DNA from: an uncultured Bryobacterales bacterium
Lineage (GTDB): Bacteria > Acidobacteriota > Terriglobia > Bryobacterales > UBA6623
Assembly: GCA_951813605.1 (NCBI GenBank)
Contig: OX638379.1
Span: forward strand, 2,578,062 to 2,642,061
Length of the DNA stretch: 64,000 nt
Direction: 5' to 3'
In this document: positions 9,144-20,100 of the stretch, piece after piece
How the letters are laid out: every line of letters starts with the position of its first letter
Numbering within the stretch: the stretch's first letter is position 1
The notes under the pieces: model-generated
Database searches by the model: none
Seen by the model: only the letters and a program-made list of their open reading frames with translations
What the model was told of the DNA's origin: nothing
Position numbers and translations under genes: made by a program

Positions 9144-10676
9144 ATGCAGACGACGGCCAGATTGGAGCGGGCGACCGCGAACCCTTTCAACATCCTAGGC
9201 GCGGCCACGCCGTCGCGAGCGGCGCGAGGCTTGGTGGGCAGCTCGCCGCTGATTCCAGACATTCCGCTGGCGGACGGGCAGCAGTACCGATTTCACTTCG
9301 ACATGTCGAAATGCGTTGGCTGCAAGTGCTGTGAGGTCGCGTGCGCCGAGCAAAACAACAACCCCGCGGACGTGTCATGGCGGCGGGTCGGGGAAATCGA
9401 GGGGGGAGTCTTCCCTCAGACCCAGCGCCTGCACCTGTCGATGGGCTGTAACCACTGCCTGGACCCGTCGTGCCTGACCGGCTGCCCGACCGAGGCGTAC
9501 ACCAAGGATCCAACAACCGGCATCGTGCATCACAATGCCGATGCCTGCATCGGATGCGAGTACTGCATCTGGAACTGCCCCTACAGCGTGCCGACTTTCA
9601 ACGAGGAGCGCGGCGTTGTCGGCAAGTGCGACATGTGCCACGGCCGGCTCGCGGACGGAGACGCTCCGGCGTGTGTCGACGCGTGCCCGTCCGAAGCTCT
9701 GGCGATCGAGACCGTGGAGATCCGCGAATGGAGGCGCAAGTACCAGGACGAAGCCAACGCGCCGGGCTTGCCGAGCGCGGACGACACGATCTCGACGACC
9801 CGCGTGACCTTGCCCGACGATCTGCCCCTCAACTCGGAGAAGGCGGATTTCCACCGGGTTCGAACCGCCAAGCCGCATTTCTCACTGGTCTTGATGACGG
9901 TGCTAACGCAACTCTCGATCGCGGGTTTCGCGACGGCATGGGTCCTTAGCCTCTTCGGAGGGTCGGCGGTCCTGGAAGCGGCAGCTGTGGTCACGCTGGC
10001 GCTGGGCCTGGCGTCATTCGCTGCTTCGCCTCTGCATCTGGGACGCCCGGCGTTTGCGCCGCTGGCCATTCGCAACTTGAAGTCTTCGTGGCTCAGCCGC
10101 GAAATCCTCGGGCTCAGCGCGTTCGGTCTTGCCGCATCCGTTTACGCGGGCATGCTGCTACTGGAGGCGCCGGGCTTGGCGCTAGCGGGAGGAATCGCCT
10201 CGGCGGTGGGTCTGTTCGCTATGTACGCCACCTCGCGGATTTACCTTGTACCGGGCCGCCCAGCGTGGAACAGCCCATGCACGGTCGCCGATTTCTTCCT
10301 CACCGGCGCGACTCTGGGTCCGCTGCTACTGGCGACGCTCGGAGCCCAATACGGGAGGGTTCTGCTAGCGGCTGCGGCCGTCGCGGCGGTCGGTCACATC
10401 CTGCTGGAGACGTGGCGGTTCCTATGCTTGGTGAGATCCGAGGAGTACGAGAAGCAGGCGACCGCGCAACTGCTTTCGGGCCCTCTGTCACGGCTGTTCC
10501 TGCTAAGGCTCGGACTCCTCGCCGTCGGGGCCGCCGCCCTGCCGGCCCTCGGCTTCGAGGGCCCGGGCTTCGCGCTGACGGCGGCCGGCTCGCTGCTCGG
10601 GCGCTATCTGTTTTTCGTCAGCGTCGTACCACGGAACATGGCAATGCCGTTCTTTGAGCGGAGGGCCGCCGCATGA
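9144..10676 (+). CDS. Fusion protein: DmsB/NrfC-like four-cluster 4Fe-4S ferredoxin + DmsC-like polytopic membrane anchor
   Basis: Four Cys clusters are present: CVGCKCCEVAC, CNHCLDPSCLTGCP, CIGCEYCIWNCP and CDMCHGR...CVDACP. They are followed by about 8 hydrophobic helices, including the DmsC-like SRIYLVPGRPAWNS. No twin-arginine signal is present. GGAGG lies 12 nt upstream of the ATG, and the stop overlaps the next gene's ATG (ATGA at 10673). Confidence 0.75.
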   Translation: MQTTARLERATANPFNILGAATPSRAARGLVGSSPLIPDIPLADGQQYRFHFDMSKCVGCKCCEVACAEQNNNPADVSWRRVGEIEGGVFPQTQRLHLSMGCNHCLDPSCLTGCPTEAYTKDPTTGIVHHNADACIGCEYCIWNCPYSVPTFNEERGVVGKCDMCHGRLADGDAPACVDACPSEALAIETVEIREWRRKYQDEANAPGLPSADDTISTTRVTLPDDLPLNSEKADFHRVRTAKPHFSLVLMTVLTQLSIAGFATAWVLSLFGGSAVLEAAAVVTLALGLASFAASPLHLGRPAFAPLAIRNLKSSWLSREILGLSAFGLAASVYAGMLLLEAPGLALAGGIASAVGLFAMYATSRIYLVPGRPAWNSPCTVADFFLTGATLGPLLLATLGAQYGRVLLAAAAVAAVGHILLETWRFLCLVRSEEYEKQATAQLLSGPLSRLFLLRLGLLAVGAAALPALGFEGPGFALTAAGSLLGRYLFFVSVVPRNMAMPFFERRAAA

Positions 10677-12886
10677 ACTTGAAACGCCTGCTTGGATTCG
10701 ACACGCGGAAGGACCGCTACGCCTACGGGCGCGACCCCGCTTACGGCTACACTTCCGCCGCCAAGATCCCGGATCGCTGGATACCGACGACCTGCGGCTA
10801 CTGCTCGGTCGGCTGCGGCATGCAAATCGGAGTCCGCGAGGGGAAGGCGGTGGCGGTGCGAGGCAACGACGACCACCCAGTCAACCTGGGCAAGCTTTGC
10901 CCCAAGGGGCTGGCGGAGCACGAAGTCCTGGCAGCAAATAGCCGCGCCCGTTACCCGCTACTGAAGAACAGGAAGGGCCGGTTCGAGCGAATTGGCTGGG
11001 ACGACGCCATCGAGACCCTGGTGCGGAAGTTCCACGCGGCGCGGTCCGTCCACGGGCCGCGCGCTCTTGGGGTGCTGAGCACCGGGCAGCTCGTCACCGA
11101 GGAATTCTATGCGCTGGGCAAGCTGGTGCAACTGGGGCTCGGCACGAACAACTACGACGGCAACACCACGCTCTGCATGGCCAGCGCGGTGGCAGGCTAC
11201 AAGCGATCTTTTGGCAGTGACGGCCCGCCCGGCGCGTACGAGGATTTCGAGCAGGCGGATGTGGTATTTCTCATCGGAGCCAATATCGCAGACAATCACC
11301 CGATCCTCTGTTATCGGCTCGAGCGCAACAAGAGAAAGACAGTCGTCGTCGCGGATCCGCGGGTTAGCAAGACTGCCCGCATGGCCGACCTTTACCTGCC
11401 GCTGAAACCTCGATCGGACATCGCGCTGCTCAACGGCATGGCGCACATCCTAGTTCGAGCGGGACTGATCGACCGGGACTACATCGAGGCGCACACGACG
11501 GGTTTCGGCGAGCTCGAGACGCATCTGGAACGCTACACTCCGGAACGCGTGGCATCGGTAACCGGCCTCAGCGTAGAGCTCGTCTACCGCGCAGCGCTGC
11601 TGTACGGTCGGGCGAAGGCACCCTTCGTAGCCTGGACGATGGGCGTCAACCATTCCACCAAGGGAACAGAAACCGTCAACGCGATCAACAATCTTGCGCT
11701 ATTGACGGGCAAACTAGGCAAGCCCGGGGCGTCGCCGTTCTCGATCACCGGCCAGTGCAACGCCATGGGCACTCGCGAGACGGGCTTCACCGCCTCGATG
11801 CCTGGCTACCGCAAGTTCGACGACGAATTCGATCGGAAGGACCTGGCCGAGCTTTGGAACGTCGATCCAGATTCCCTGCCCCTCGAAAGGGGCCATGCTT
11901 ATCCGGACATGGTCGAAGCCTGCGTGAAGGGCGACATGAAGGCGCTATGGATCATAGCGACCAACCCGCTCGTCTCGTTTCCGAACGTCGAAGTGCTCCA
12001 GCAAGGCTTCGATAACCTCGATTTTCTGGTAGTGCAGGACGGCTTCCACCCGACACCGACCACTCAGATCGCGGACTTGGTCCTTCCGGCAGCCATCTGG
12101 GGTGAGAAAACCGGAACATACACCAATTCCGAGCGTCGCGTGAGCAAGGTGAACAAGGCTGTCGAGCCTCCGGGCGAGGCGCGATCCGATTTCGATATCT
12201 TCCTCGCCATAGCCGACGAACTCGGTGTTCGCGAAACCCTCTTCCCTGGTTGGAAGATGCCGGAAGACGCGTTCGAGGAGTGGCGCGAAGTCTCCAAAGG
12301 AAGACTCTGCGACTACTCGGGCCTGAGCTACGACCTTCTCGACGAGCATCACGCCGTCCAATGGCCGTTTACCGTCACGGACGCCGCTAAGACAAACGGA
12401 CGCCGTCCGGCGACGAGCCGACTGTACGCGGACGGTGCATTCCAAACACCTGACGGCAGGGCGCGGCTCTTCGCGATCGACTGGGAACCGTATCCAGAGC
12501 AACCGAGCAAGTCTTACCCGTTCGTGCTCAACACCGGGCGCACGGTCGAGCACTGGCACACCCGGACGAAAACCAAGGAAGTCAAGATCTTGGAGCGCAT
12601 GGCGCCTACGGCGTGGCTGGAGATGAATCCGCGCGACGCCAGACGGCTGGGCTTTCGGCCACACGACCTTGTCACCGTTGTGTCGCCGCGAAGTCGCATC
12701 GACCAACTGGAGCTTCGAATCACCGAGATCGTGGCTCCGGGCCAAGTCTTCATGCCGTTCCACTACGAGGAGAAGAATTCGAACCGGCTGACGCAAAGCG
12801 CATTCGACCCGATTTCTCGGGAACCGAACTACAAGCAAGCGGCGGTCCGGGTCGAGAAGAGCGGCCCAAGGATCGCCGCCCAATAG
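10673..12886 (+). CDS. nasA: Molybdopterin oxidoreductase, assimilatory nitrate reductase catalytic subunit (NasA/NarB type)
   Basis: The N-terminal 4Fe-4S motif TTCGYCSVGCGMQIGV...NLGKLCPKG is present. The molybdopterin-binding body and C-terminal MopB barrel follow (FMPFHYEE...EPNYKQAAVRVEK). No Tat signal is seen. The gene sits between nirBD and narK. Confidence 0.8.
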   Translation: MNLKRLLGFDTRKDRYAYGRDPAYGYTSAAKIPDRWIPTTCGYCSVGCGMQIGVREGKAVAVRGNDDHPVNLGKLCPKGLAEHEVLAANSRARYPLLKNRKGRFERIGWDDAIETLVRKFHAARSVHGPRALGVLSTGQLVTEEFYALGKLVQLGLGTNNYDGNTTLCMASAVAGYKRSFGSDGPPGAYEDFEQADVVFLIGANIADNHPILCYRLERNKRKTVVVADPRVSKTARMADLYLPLKPRSDIALLNGMAHILVRAGLIDRDYIEAHTTGFGELETHLERYTPERVASVTGLSVELVYRAALLYGRAKAPFVAWTMGVNHSTKGTETVNAINNLALLTGKLGKPGASPFSITGQCNAMGTRETGFTASMPGYRKFDDEFDRKDLAELWNVDPDSLPLERGHAYPDMVEACVKGDMKALWIIATNPLVSFPNVEVLQQGFDNLDFLVVQDGFHPTPTTQIADLVLPAAIWGEKTGTYTNSERRVSKVNKAVEPPGEARSDFDIFLAIADELGVRETLFPGWKMPEDAFEEWREVSKGRLCDYSGLSYDLLDEHHAVQWPFTVTDAAKTNGRRPATSRLYADGAFQTPDGRARLFAIDWEPYPEQPSKSYPFVLNTGRTVEHWHTRTKTKEVKILERMAPTAWLEMNPRDARRLGFRPHDLVTVVSPRSRIDQLELRITEIVAPGQVFMPFHYEEKNSNRLTQSAFDPISREPNYKQAAVRVEKSGPRIAAQ

Positions 12887-13027
12887 GCAAAACGCCCCGC
12901 CCAGTCCGACAGGGGCGCATGCCGAACCCGGAAGTTCGGCATTCCAGCAAGCAAAGAGATACCTGCCGAACGTGGCTTGTGCCGCGCTCGGCACCGGGCC
13001 GGTGCATCCAGCAACTAGGGGGAAAGA

Positions 13028-14371
13028 ATGGATTTCAAAGCGAAAGCGACGAAGATCCAATTACGCAGCTTCAGCACAATTCCGATGCGCACGTTCCATT
13101 TGACGTGGTTCGCATTCTTCCTGTGCTTCTTCGGGTGGTTCGGCATCGCACCGCTCATGGCGGTGGTCCGAGAAGATCTCGGGCTTAGCAAGGAGCAGAT
13201 CGGCAACACGATTATCGCCTCGGTGGCGATCACGGTGCTAGCCCGCCTGGCTATCGGCTGGCTCTGCGACAAGATCGGGCCCCGTAAGGCCTACACGTGG
13301 CTGCTTGCGCTGGGATCGATTCCAGTAATGACTATCGGGCTTGCGGACAGCTACGGGACGTTCTTGCTATTCCGTCTGGCAATCGGGGCAATCGGCGCCT
13401 CGTTCGTAATCACCCAATACCACACGTCGGTGATGTTCGCTCCCAACACCGTGGGCACCGCGAATGCAACCACAGCGGGCTGGGGCAACCTCGGCGGAGG
13501 CGTCACGCAGATGGCGATGCCTCTGATATTTGCGGCGGTGATGAGCTTCGCTGCAGACCAAGCCCTGGGCTGGCGGTTGGCAATGGTGGTTCCCGGCCTC
13601 GCCCTGCTGGCGACGTCGCTGCTGTACTGGCGGCTTACCCAAGACTCCCCGGACGGCAGTTACCTGGAGCTCCGTGCCCAAGGAACGCTTGCCAGCGCCA
13701 AGACCGTCGAGGGAGCGTTCCTCAAAGCTTGCGCCGACACGCGGGTGTGGGCTCTGTTTGTCATCTACGGCGCTTGCTTCGGCGTAGAACTCACGATCAA
13801 CAACATCGCGGCCTTGTACTTTCACGACTACTTCAATCTAGGCCTCGCAGCGGCCGGTCTAGTGGCGGGGATGTTTGGGCTCATGAACGTCTTCGCCCGT
13901 ACGCTCGGCGGCGTGGTGGGCGATAAGTGGGGCCTGAGGTGGGGCCTGCGCGGCAGGGTCTGGTTTCTTGGGGGGATTCTTTTCCTAGAAGGCCTCGCCT
14001 TGATGCTCTTCTCCCAGCAGACCGTGCTGCCCGTCGCCATCGCGACGCTGATCCTCTTCAGTCTTCTTGTCCAAATGTCGGAAGGGGCCACCTATTCTGT
14101 CGTGCCGTTCATTAACAAGAACGCTCTCGGCGCAGTCGCCGGAATCGTCGGGGCTGGCGGGAACGCGGGAGCCGTCGCCGCAGGGTTCCTGTTCAAGACC
14201 CAGGGCCTGAGCTGGTCGCAAGCGCTCTTGATGCTAGGCGCCTCCGTAACCGTGGTTTCGATGCTGGCGTTCGCAGTGCGCTTCTCCGAAGCCGACGAAG
14301 CAGCCGTGGCGCGCGAGACCCAGACTCGGCTGGCCGGCACGCAGCCAACTCCGGTACCCGAGCCTGCCTGA
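13028..14371 (+). CDS. narK: MFS nitrate/nitrite transporter (NarK/NrtP, NNP family)
   Basis: 447 aa with about 12 TM helices and NNP-type segments (FHLTWFAFFLCFFGWFGIAPLM, GWGNLGGGVTQ, GIVGAGGNAGAV). It lies immediately downstream of the nitrate reductase gene. Confidence 0.85.
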   Translation: MDFKAKATKIQLRSFSTIPMRTFHLTWFAFFLCFFGWFGIAPLMAVVREDLGLSKEQIGNTIIASVAITVLARLAIGWLCDKIGPRKAYTWLLALGSIPVMTIGLADSYGTFLLFRLAIGAIGASFVITQYHTSVMFAPNTVGTANATTAGWGNLGGGVTQMAMPLIFAAVMSFAADQALGWRLAMVVPGLALLATSLLYWRLTQDSPDGSYLELRAQGTLASAKTVEGAFLKACADTRVWALFVIYGACFGVELTINNIAALYFHDYFNLGLAAAGLVAGMFGLMNVFARTLGGVVGDKWGLRWGLRGRVWFLGGILFLEGLALMLFSQQTVLPVAIATLILFSLLVQMSEGATYSVVPFINKNALGAVAGIVGAGGNAGAVAAGFLFKTQGLSWSQALLMLGASVTVVSMLAFAVRFSEADEAAVARETQTRLAGTQPTPVPEPA

Positions 14372-14458
14372 GGGCGCCAAGGCCCCGGATTTGAGATCGA
14401 CAGCCCGATCAGACTGGCGGCTCGGGGGCTGGCTGTGCCGCGCCGCAATGCAACCTGA

Positions 14459-15118
14459 ATGCCCTGGAGGACAATTCTCATCGCCACCAAGCGGAAGCGA
14501 CTCGCTCAACATTCGTCGGCCCCGGCCGTGCTGACCGCCGCCGTAGCGAAGCTCGTCTGCCGGCGCCCGTCCGAACTCGACCCCAGCTCGCAGCACTTGT
14601 TCAACGACGACATAAAGGAGCACGATCGCGAAATCACGCAGCTGATTGGCATGCCTGCGAACGGTGCCGACGATCCGGACCGCATGGTCCAAGCGGTTAC
14701 GGACAACGCTGTGCTGTTGCCCAGGCAGATGGCCCAAACGGCAAGCGTTGTCATTCGTGCCCCCGTTGAGCCGAAGCAAAGGAGATTCGGGATGATGGCG
14801 AGACTGACAGAACTGCTTCCGCGCCTAGCGACGGCGCTACGGCCTTCGGGGCCTCAGGACGATCCCGCGGCCGGCCCGCAACCGCTGACCTCGAGAGCAA
14901 CAACGGCGTCTTCGAGACAGCTTCGACGTACGCCGAGCGTACGCCCAGGGCGGAGGCATGGGACATATGTTCCCGGGACCGTTTTCGAAGCCAAAACACC
15001 GGGATCCCGGAACACTTTCTACTTCCTCTTCTTCGAGTACAAGTTCTGGCCGGTCCGCGAAACCGCGAGCGGTCAAGACGGTGCATCATCCGCAGAACCA
15101 GCTCTGCTAGGGCGCTAG
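14459..15118 (+). CDS. Hypothetical protein (weak call)
   Basis: ORF 14459..15118. Third-codon positions are mostly G/C in the first half, consistent with this frame. No recognisable motif was found. An internal AAGGAG-ATGATG at about 14790 could be an alternative start. Confidence 0.3.
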   Translation: MPWRTILIATKRKRLAQHSSAPAVLTAAVAKLVCRRPSELDPSSQHLFNDDIKEHDREITQLIGMPANGADDPDRMVQAVTDNAVLLPRQMAQTASVVIRAPVEPKQRRFGMMARLTELLPRLATALRPSGPQDDPAAGPQPLTSRATTASSRQLRRTPSVRPGRRHGTYVPGTVFEAKTPGSRNTFYFLFFEYKFWPVRETASGQDGASSAEPALLGR

Positions 15119-15191
15119 CCGTGCTCCCTTTCCGGAGACACGAAATCAGCTACCCAGCTAGGGAACGAAGCAGGCCAGGCACTGCCCGCCT

Positions 15192-16001
15192 CTAGCCGGC
15201 CGGAGCTCCGCTCTTGATCGCCGTCTTGGGGTTGTCGCGCACCCGCGCTTGCAGCCGGCGCATTCCGCGAAGCCAGCGGTCGTAATCGGAGGTCTTGCGG
15301 CGCATGTACTCGGCCACCTCGGGATGGGGAAGGATCAGGAAGCGTTCGTCGTACAGCCCTTCGATCACCGCGTCGGCGACATCGGACGGCTCGATGGCCC
15401 CAGGTGTCAGGAAGTTGTCCCTATCGCCGTGCTCGCCGAGTAGGAGCCTCGTTCGGACGCCTTGCGGGCACAACACGGAGACCCTCAGGCCTTGGTGCCC
15501 GTGGGTTACCGACAGCCACTCAGCCAGGGCCACCGCGGCGTGCTTGGTCACCGCATAGGCGAGCGAGCCAATCTGAGTTAGCACGCCGGCGGCCGAAGCA
15601 GTGTTGAGCAGGTAGCCATTGCCACGGGCGGTCATTTTCGGCACGAGATTCCTGGCCGCGTAGAGGTGCGACCGGTAATTCACGTCGAACACGCGCTCGA
15701 AGTCTGCGTTGGCTACTTCCGTGCCGCCCGGATGCGAGATGCCCGCATTCGAGCAGAACAAGTCGATCGCCCCGAACCGAGCTTCCGCGGCAGCGATCAC
15801 GTGATTCATTTCGCTTTCGACGCTCACATCGGCTGCGATCGCAACTGCCCCGATCGTTTCCGCAGTTCCTGCAAGGGCGTCGCGATCGATGTCCGAGGCG
15901 ACCACGGCCTTGGCTCCCTCCCGAACGAATCGATCGGCGAGCGCGCGACCGATTCCTCGGGCCGCGCCCGTTACTACCACTACCTTTCCCGACACTCGCA
16001 T
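15192..16001 (-). CDS. Short-chain dehydrogenase/reductase (SDR)
   Basis: [20 protein letters not shown] carries the TGxxxGIG cofactor motif. NAG (CSNAGIS) and the catalytic YAVTKHA (YxxxK) are also present. Confidence 0.85.
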   Translation of the reverse strand: MRVSGKVVVVTGAARGIGRALADRFVREGAKAVVASDIDRDALAGTAETIGAVAIAADVSVESEMNHVIAAAEARFGAIDLFCSNAGISHPGGTEVANADFERVFDVNYRSHLYAARNLVPKMTARGNGYLLNTASAAGVLTQIGSLAYAVTKHAAVALAEWLSVTHGHQGLRVSVLCPQGVRTRLLLGEHGDRDNFLTPGAIEPSDVADAVIEGLYDERFLILPHPEVAEYMRRKTSDYDRWLRGMRRLQARVRDNPKTAIKSGAPAG

Positions 16002-17116
16002 GTGATGCTCCTACCAAGTGTCCCGACAGGCAAGACCGAGGCCTGCCCGACGCACAATCCGGCGAAGGCGCCACGCTTGCTCGCCTTGCCCGCGACGCGC
16101 TCGATCGCCTCGGCCGTCGCGCTACCGCCAAACGGCGGTGCCGATTGAACCGAAACGGGTTCGGCCGACGCCGATCTCCCCATCGATCGCCGGGAAAAAA
16201 CAGTCCGTCGCAAGTGTGGTGCAGGCTCCGAGAAGGAGGTAACAGAAAGGAGACAGGAACCTGCACCACTGCGGGTGCTGTCACTATACCACAGAGTCCA
16301 GATCGGGCTAGCCTCGATCGTCGCGTATCGGATCTATATGCAACATTGTATCATAATCATGAGTGCGTCGAGAGCGTCGCAGACCAAACGAACGGCATCG
16401 ACCGTGGAATCGCGCGCCTGCAAGATCTGCCGGAGCAAGGATGCGGACGGCGACTTGCGGAGCCGTTGATCCGTCATAGTCTCCGCCGCCGTCAAACCGA
16501 AAACGCACGGCCTCTCGATAATCCTCGGCCTAAGCAGCGCTCGGTTCCTCGAATCACTTCAAATCCTGCTCGCCGGCTTTGACTCTGACAGTATGTAGAA
16601 CCTATAACATATTTATTATCTTACTATTATACACATCATAGTCGTCGTGGGACGGAATGGCAAACAGGAGGAAGCGACGGTTGTCGCAGCAGCCTGGCAC
16701 CCTTGCCTTCGGCATGCGCTCGATCCTCATCGCAATGACCGAGTCGCCTCGGACATCTAATGCGGAGTATGTGGCGCAGGCCCCGCCGTGGGAGGCATAC
16801 AGGAGAACTCGGAACCTACGCCACTGTCGAGCTCAACCGAACGGAGCCGAGCCCCCTGACAGCAGAGTAGCACGAATTCCGCATTAGATGCAACTGTGTG
16901 TCAAATGTATCCCCCCGCCGGCACAGTGGCCACGAGAGATCCGAACGGGGCTGGCTGGGGCGGCCTGACCTGCGATCAGCCATCGTGTCCAAGAGCGCCG
17001 CGCGAGTTGGCTCGCTCCGCCTTGAATCTTCGCTGCCGGTCAGCGCCGTCTCTTGCGACGAATAATGGTCAGTCCTGCGGCCAAGCGCATTACGCCGGAC
17101 CGATCGTCTCTGGGAA

Positions 17117-20100
17117 CTATTCGCTCGGCCGGTAGTCGATCCAGATCGGTGTCGACCACGCGATCTGGCCATCGTTCTGGACTAGCCGGACATGATAGTG
17201 CGCGCTTCCCTCCCGAGGCGCGCTCTCGTCTCGATACGCAATCGACACATCGCGAGTGCGCGGCTCGGCGCTGTACACGATCTCGCCGCTCCGGATGATC
17301 TCCAACGACTCGACTGGCACGGGAGTCAATGCGTGCAAGCTTAGCTCGGGGGAACGGGAGGCATTCATCTCCCGCCCCATCTTCAGTGGCGAGCCGTCTT
17401 CGGCGCGAGCCTCGAAACGGAGCACGATGTTATCGGTAGCAGCATAGGTCCTGCGCTGCTTGATTGCATCCAGAATCGCGGTGTTGGAGAGTTCGGGCGC
17501 CCACACGCACGCGTAGGATTGGTGCGTGGACTCGTGATCCGAGTTCGAGAGCAGCCCGATTCTCCAGCCTTTCTTCCACGCGTTCCACACGAAACCCGCC
17601 GGCTCCGTAGCGCGCGCCTTCCCCGGTGAGTTCTGTTCTTCGTACGATCCCCGCAATGCTTGGAACACTTCCACCACCGGCTCGGCGCGCGGGTCGTTGT
17701 CTCGCCAGTCGGTTCCTCCCCCGCCGGCGGTGGTATGGGCAATCGCAATGTCGCCGTGCTTGAGCAATGAAGGATACAAGCGTTCCGCCCAGCTTTCCGC
17801 GCCCGTGAATTCCTCGTCCGAGATCGGCACGGGCTGCATCTCGCGACGTGTCGAGATCACATTGCGATGACCTCCTGGAAAGGTAATCGTACGCTCGTAG
17901 CCGAAGAATGTAGCGAAGCGCCCGGGATGGTTGAACATCGTTGCGATCTGGCGAGTCTTCCACCATTGGTACTTGTAGAAATGCAGGCGCTCCGCGCCTG
18001 AATGATCCGTTACGGCCAAGAAGTCCAGGGCTCCGGCGTCCAGAGCGTAGCGGTACGCCATGATGATGTCGCCGTCCCGCTGGCTGTCGGCCGACAGATC
18101 GGTGTGCCTGTGCAGGTCGCCTCGATATAGGCGCAACGGCTCCTTGTCCTGCCAGCGAGCGGCCCGGACCTTGGCGAGGTCTGCTGCTTCGGTGGGAGCG
18201 GCGTCAACGAATCCCTCATCGGTCGTTTCGAACGGTCGCATGCGATCTTCCGGGGCATACTCGGCGTCCAACTCTAGGCGAGCGTAGCGAAGCTGGGAAC
18301 TCCGAACGTGCGGATCCTCGTAGGTCCGTCCATCGGTGGGCCAGACGGCCACGGTGGAGTTCCTTTCGCGCGCCACAGCCAGCTGCGCGAAAGCGCCGCC
18401 CGCGCTGAGCGGCAATTCGCCAGCCGGCAGCCACCGGGCGCCATCGAAGGCAGCCATGCGGATTTCAGACATCCCGCGAATCGTGTCGTACCAAGGCTGC
18501 AAGCGGCGTTGCTCGCTGCCGAATTTGACTTGGAGTTCGTGCTCGGCAACGGGAAGGCGCAGAAGCATCTGCCGGAAGAACACATACGGAACTCCGTCAC
18601 CCCCGATGGCGAGGCTCGGATACTCGTGCATTGCCGACATCCAAGCCGGAACCGATTCCTCGAGAGATGTCGATGGCTCCATCCATCGACCATTGGCGTA
18701 GCGGGCCAGACGCACCGCGCTGGTCGCTCGGACTTGCGTGCCGGGCCTGCCAAGAACTCCCCAATCCTTGCCCCAATTCGGGCCGCTCTCGGCCCAGGCG
18801 ATCCAAACCCGGTTCTGCCCGTCGACCGCAATGGCTGGCTCGATGGCGCGGTTGGGATCGTGCGGCACCTCCACCACCGAATCGGACTGCCCCGATGAGA
18901 GCCGACGAAGGAATATGCCGTAGCTTCGCCTTTCGTAGCTGTCCCAGGCCGCCCATACGGTTCCGTCCGGACCAGCGGCCAAATCCGGCGCCCAATCGTT
19001 CGCGTCGGAATCGCTAACCAGGATCGCGTCGGACCAGCCGTCCTCGTACCAAGCGGCCATGATGTCGAGATCATCTCCGCGGAACTCCTGCCAAGCAGCC
19101 CAGACCTTGCCGTCCGAAGCCGTGACAGCCACAGGGAAGAACTGTCGGCTCCCAGGCGGGTGGACGTAGACTTCGGAAGACCAACGACCTGTTTTCGGAT
19201 CGAAAGCGCGGTCGACAAGCCTCCACCTGTCTCCCTTGAATACGCTCCAAATGACATGGACCCGGCCATCGGCATCACTCGCAAGCGCTGTTCCAAAATA
19301 GTCTCCCCACGCGGATGTCACGCGGCTCGTGTGCCACGACTGGCCTTTTCGCCAAGCCAGATACAGAGCATTCGCTTCGTTGTGGAATGTCGTCCATGCA
19401 ACGAAAAGGCCATCCTCGGTCGAGACGGCCGCGGGAAAATCGTGCTGGCTAGCCTCGCCCCTAGTAAGCGCCCGAACGGCCGGAGCGTCGACAGCGGCGA
19501 CGTTCCCATCCAGGAATCCAAGCCGACCGCTTTCGTCTAGGTCAGCGAGCTGGAATGCGAAATCGCCTCGGCTGGTCTTGACAGATAGCGTGGCACTGGG
19601 CGGGGCCTCGACGCTCACGTAGACTCCGTTGGGTAGGATCCCGACACCTTGCGGCAACTCGTCTCGAAAGCGGTATCGCGCTCCCTCTGGATTGAATTGG
19701 CGCGATTCGAATTCCCAACCGGCTGCACCGACGATTCGGTCGGGACGATTAAAGTGCCAGCCCCACGAAGAATGAATCGTGCCTGGCGACACGCTCGCCT
19801 CTCCGGACCAGCGCTGCGGCTCGTTCGCACGCAGGCCGAATTCCAGCTTCACTACCCTGTTTGCCGAGGGATGGTCGATGACTGTCCTTGGTGTCTCGAT
19901 GCCAGTCGCGCTCCAGGTCGCGGCAAGAACACATGAGACGACGACGAGGGTTACCGGGGTGAGTCGCACTGCTGTGAAGAGTACCAACTCTGCGCACTCC
20001 GTGATCGCGCATTCAGATGGCTCCCAATCGCGTCGGAATGAACGGAGGATTTGGGTTTCGAGCGGCGAATGCGCCCGATACGCTAGCAGGTACTGACGGT

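Noticed and set aside
16657-16887. 76-aa ORF (MANRRKRRLSQQ…) as a real gene
   Set aside because: Its first two-thirds show some G/C third-position bias and an AT-rich upstream region. However, it has no motif, no Shine-Dalgarno and an unconvincing C-terminus. It is kept only as an alternative explanation in the finding.
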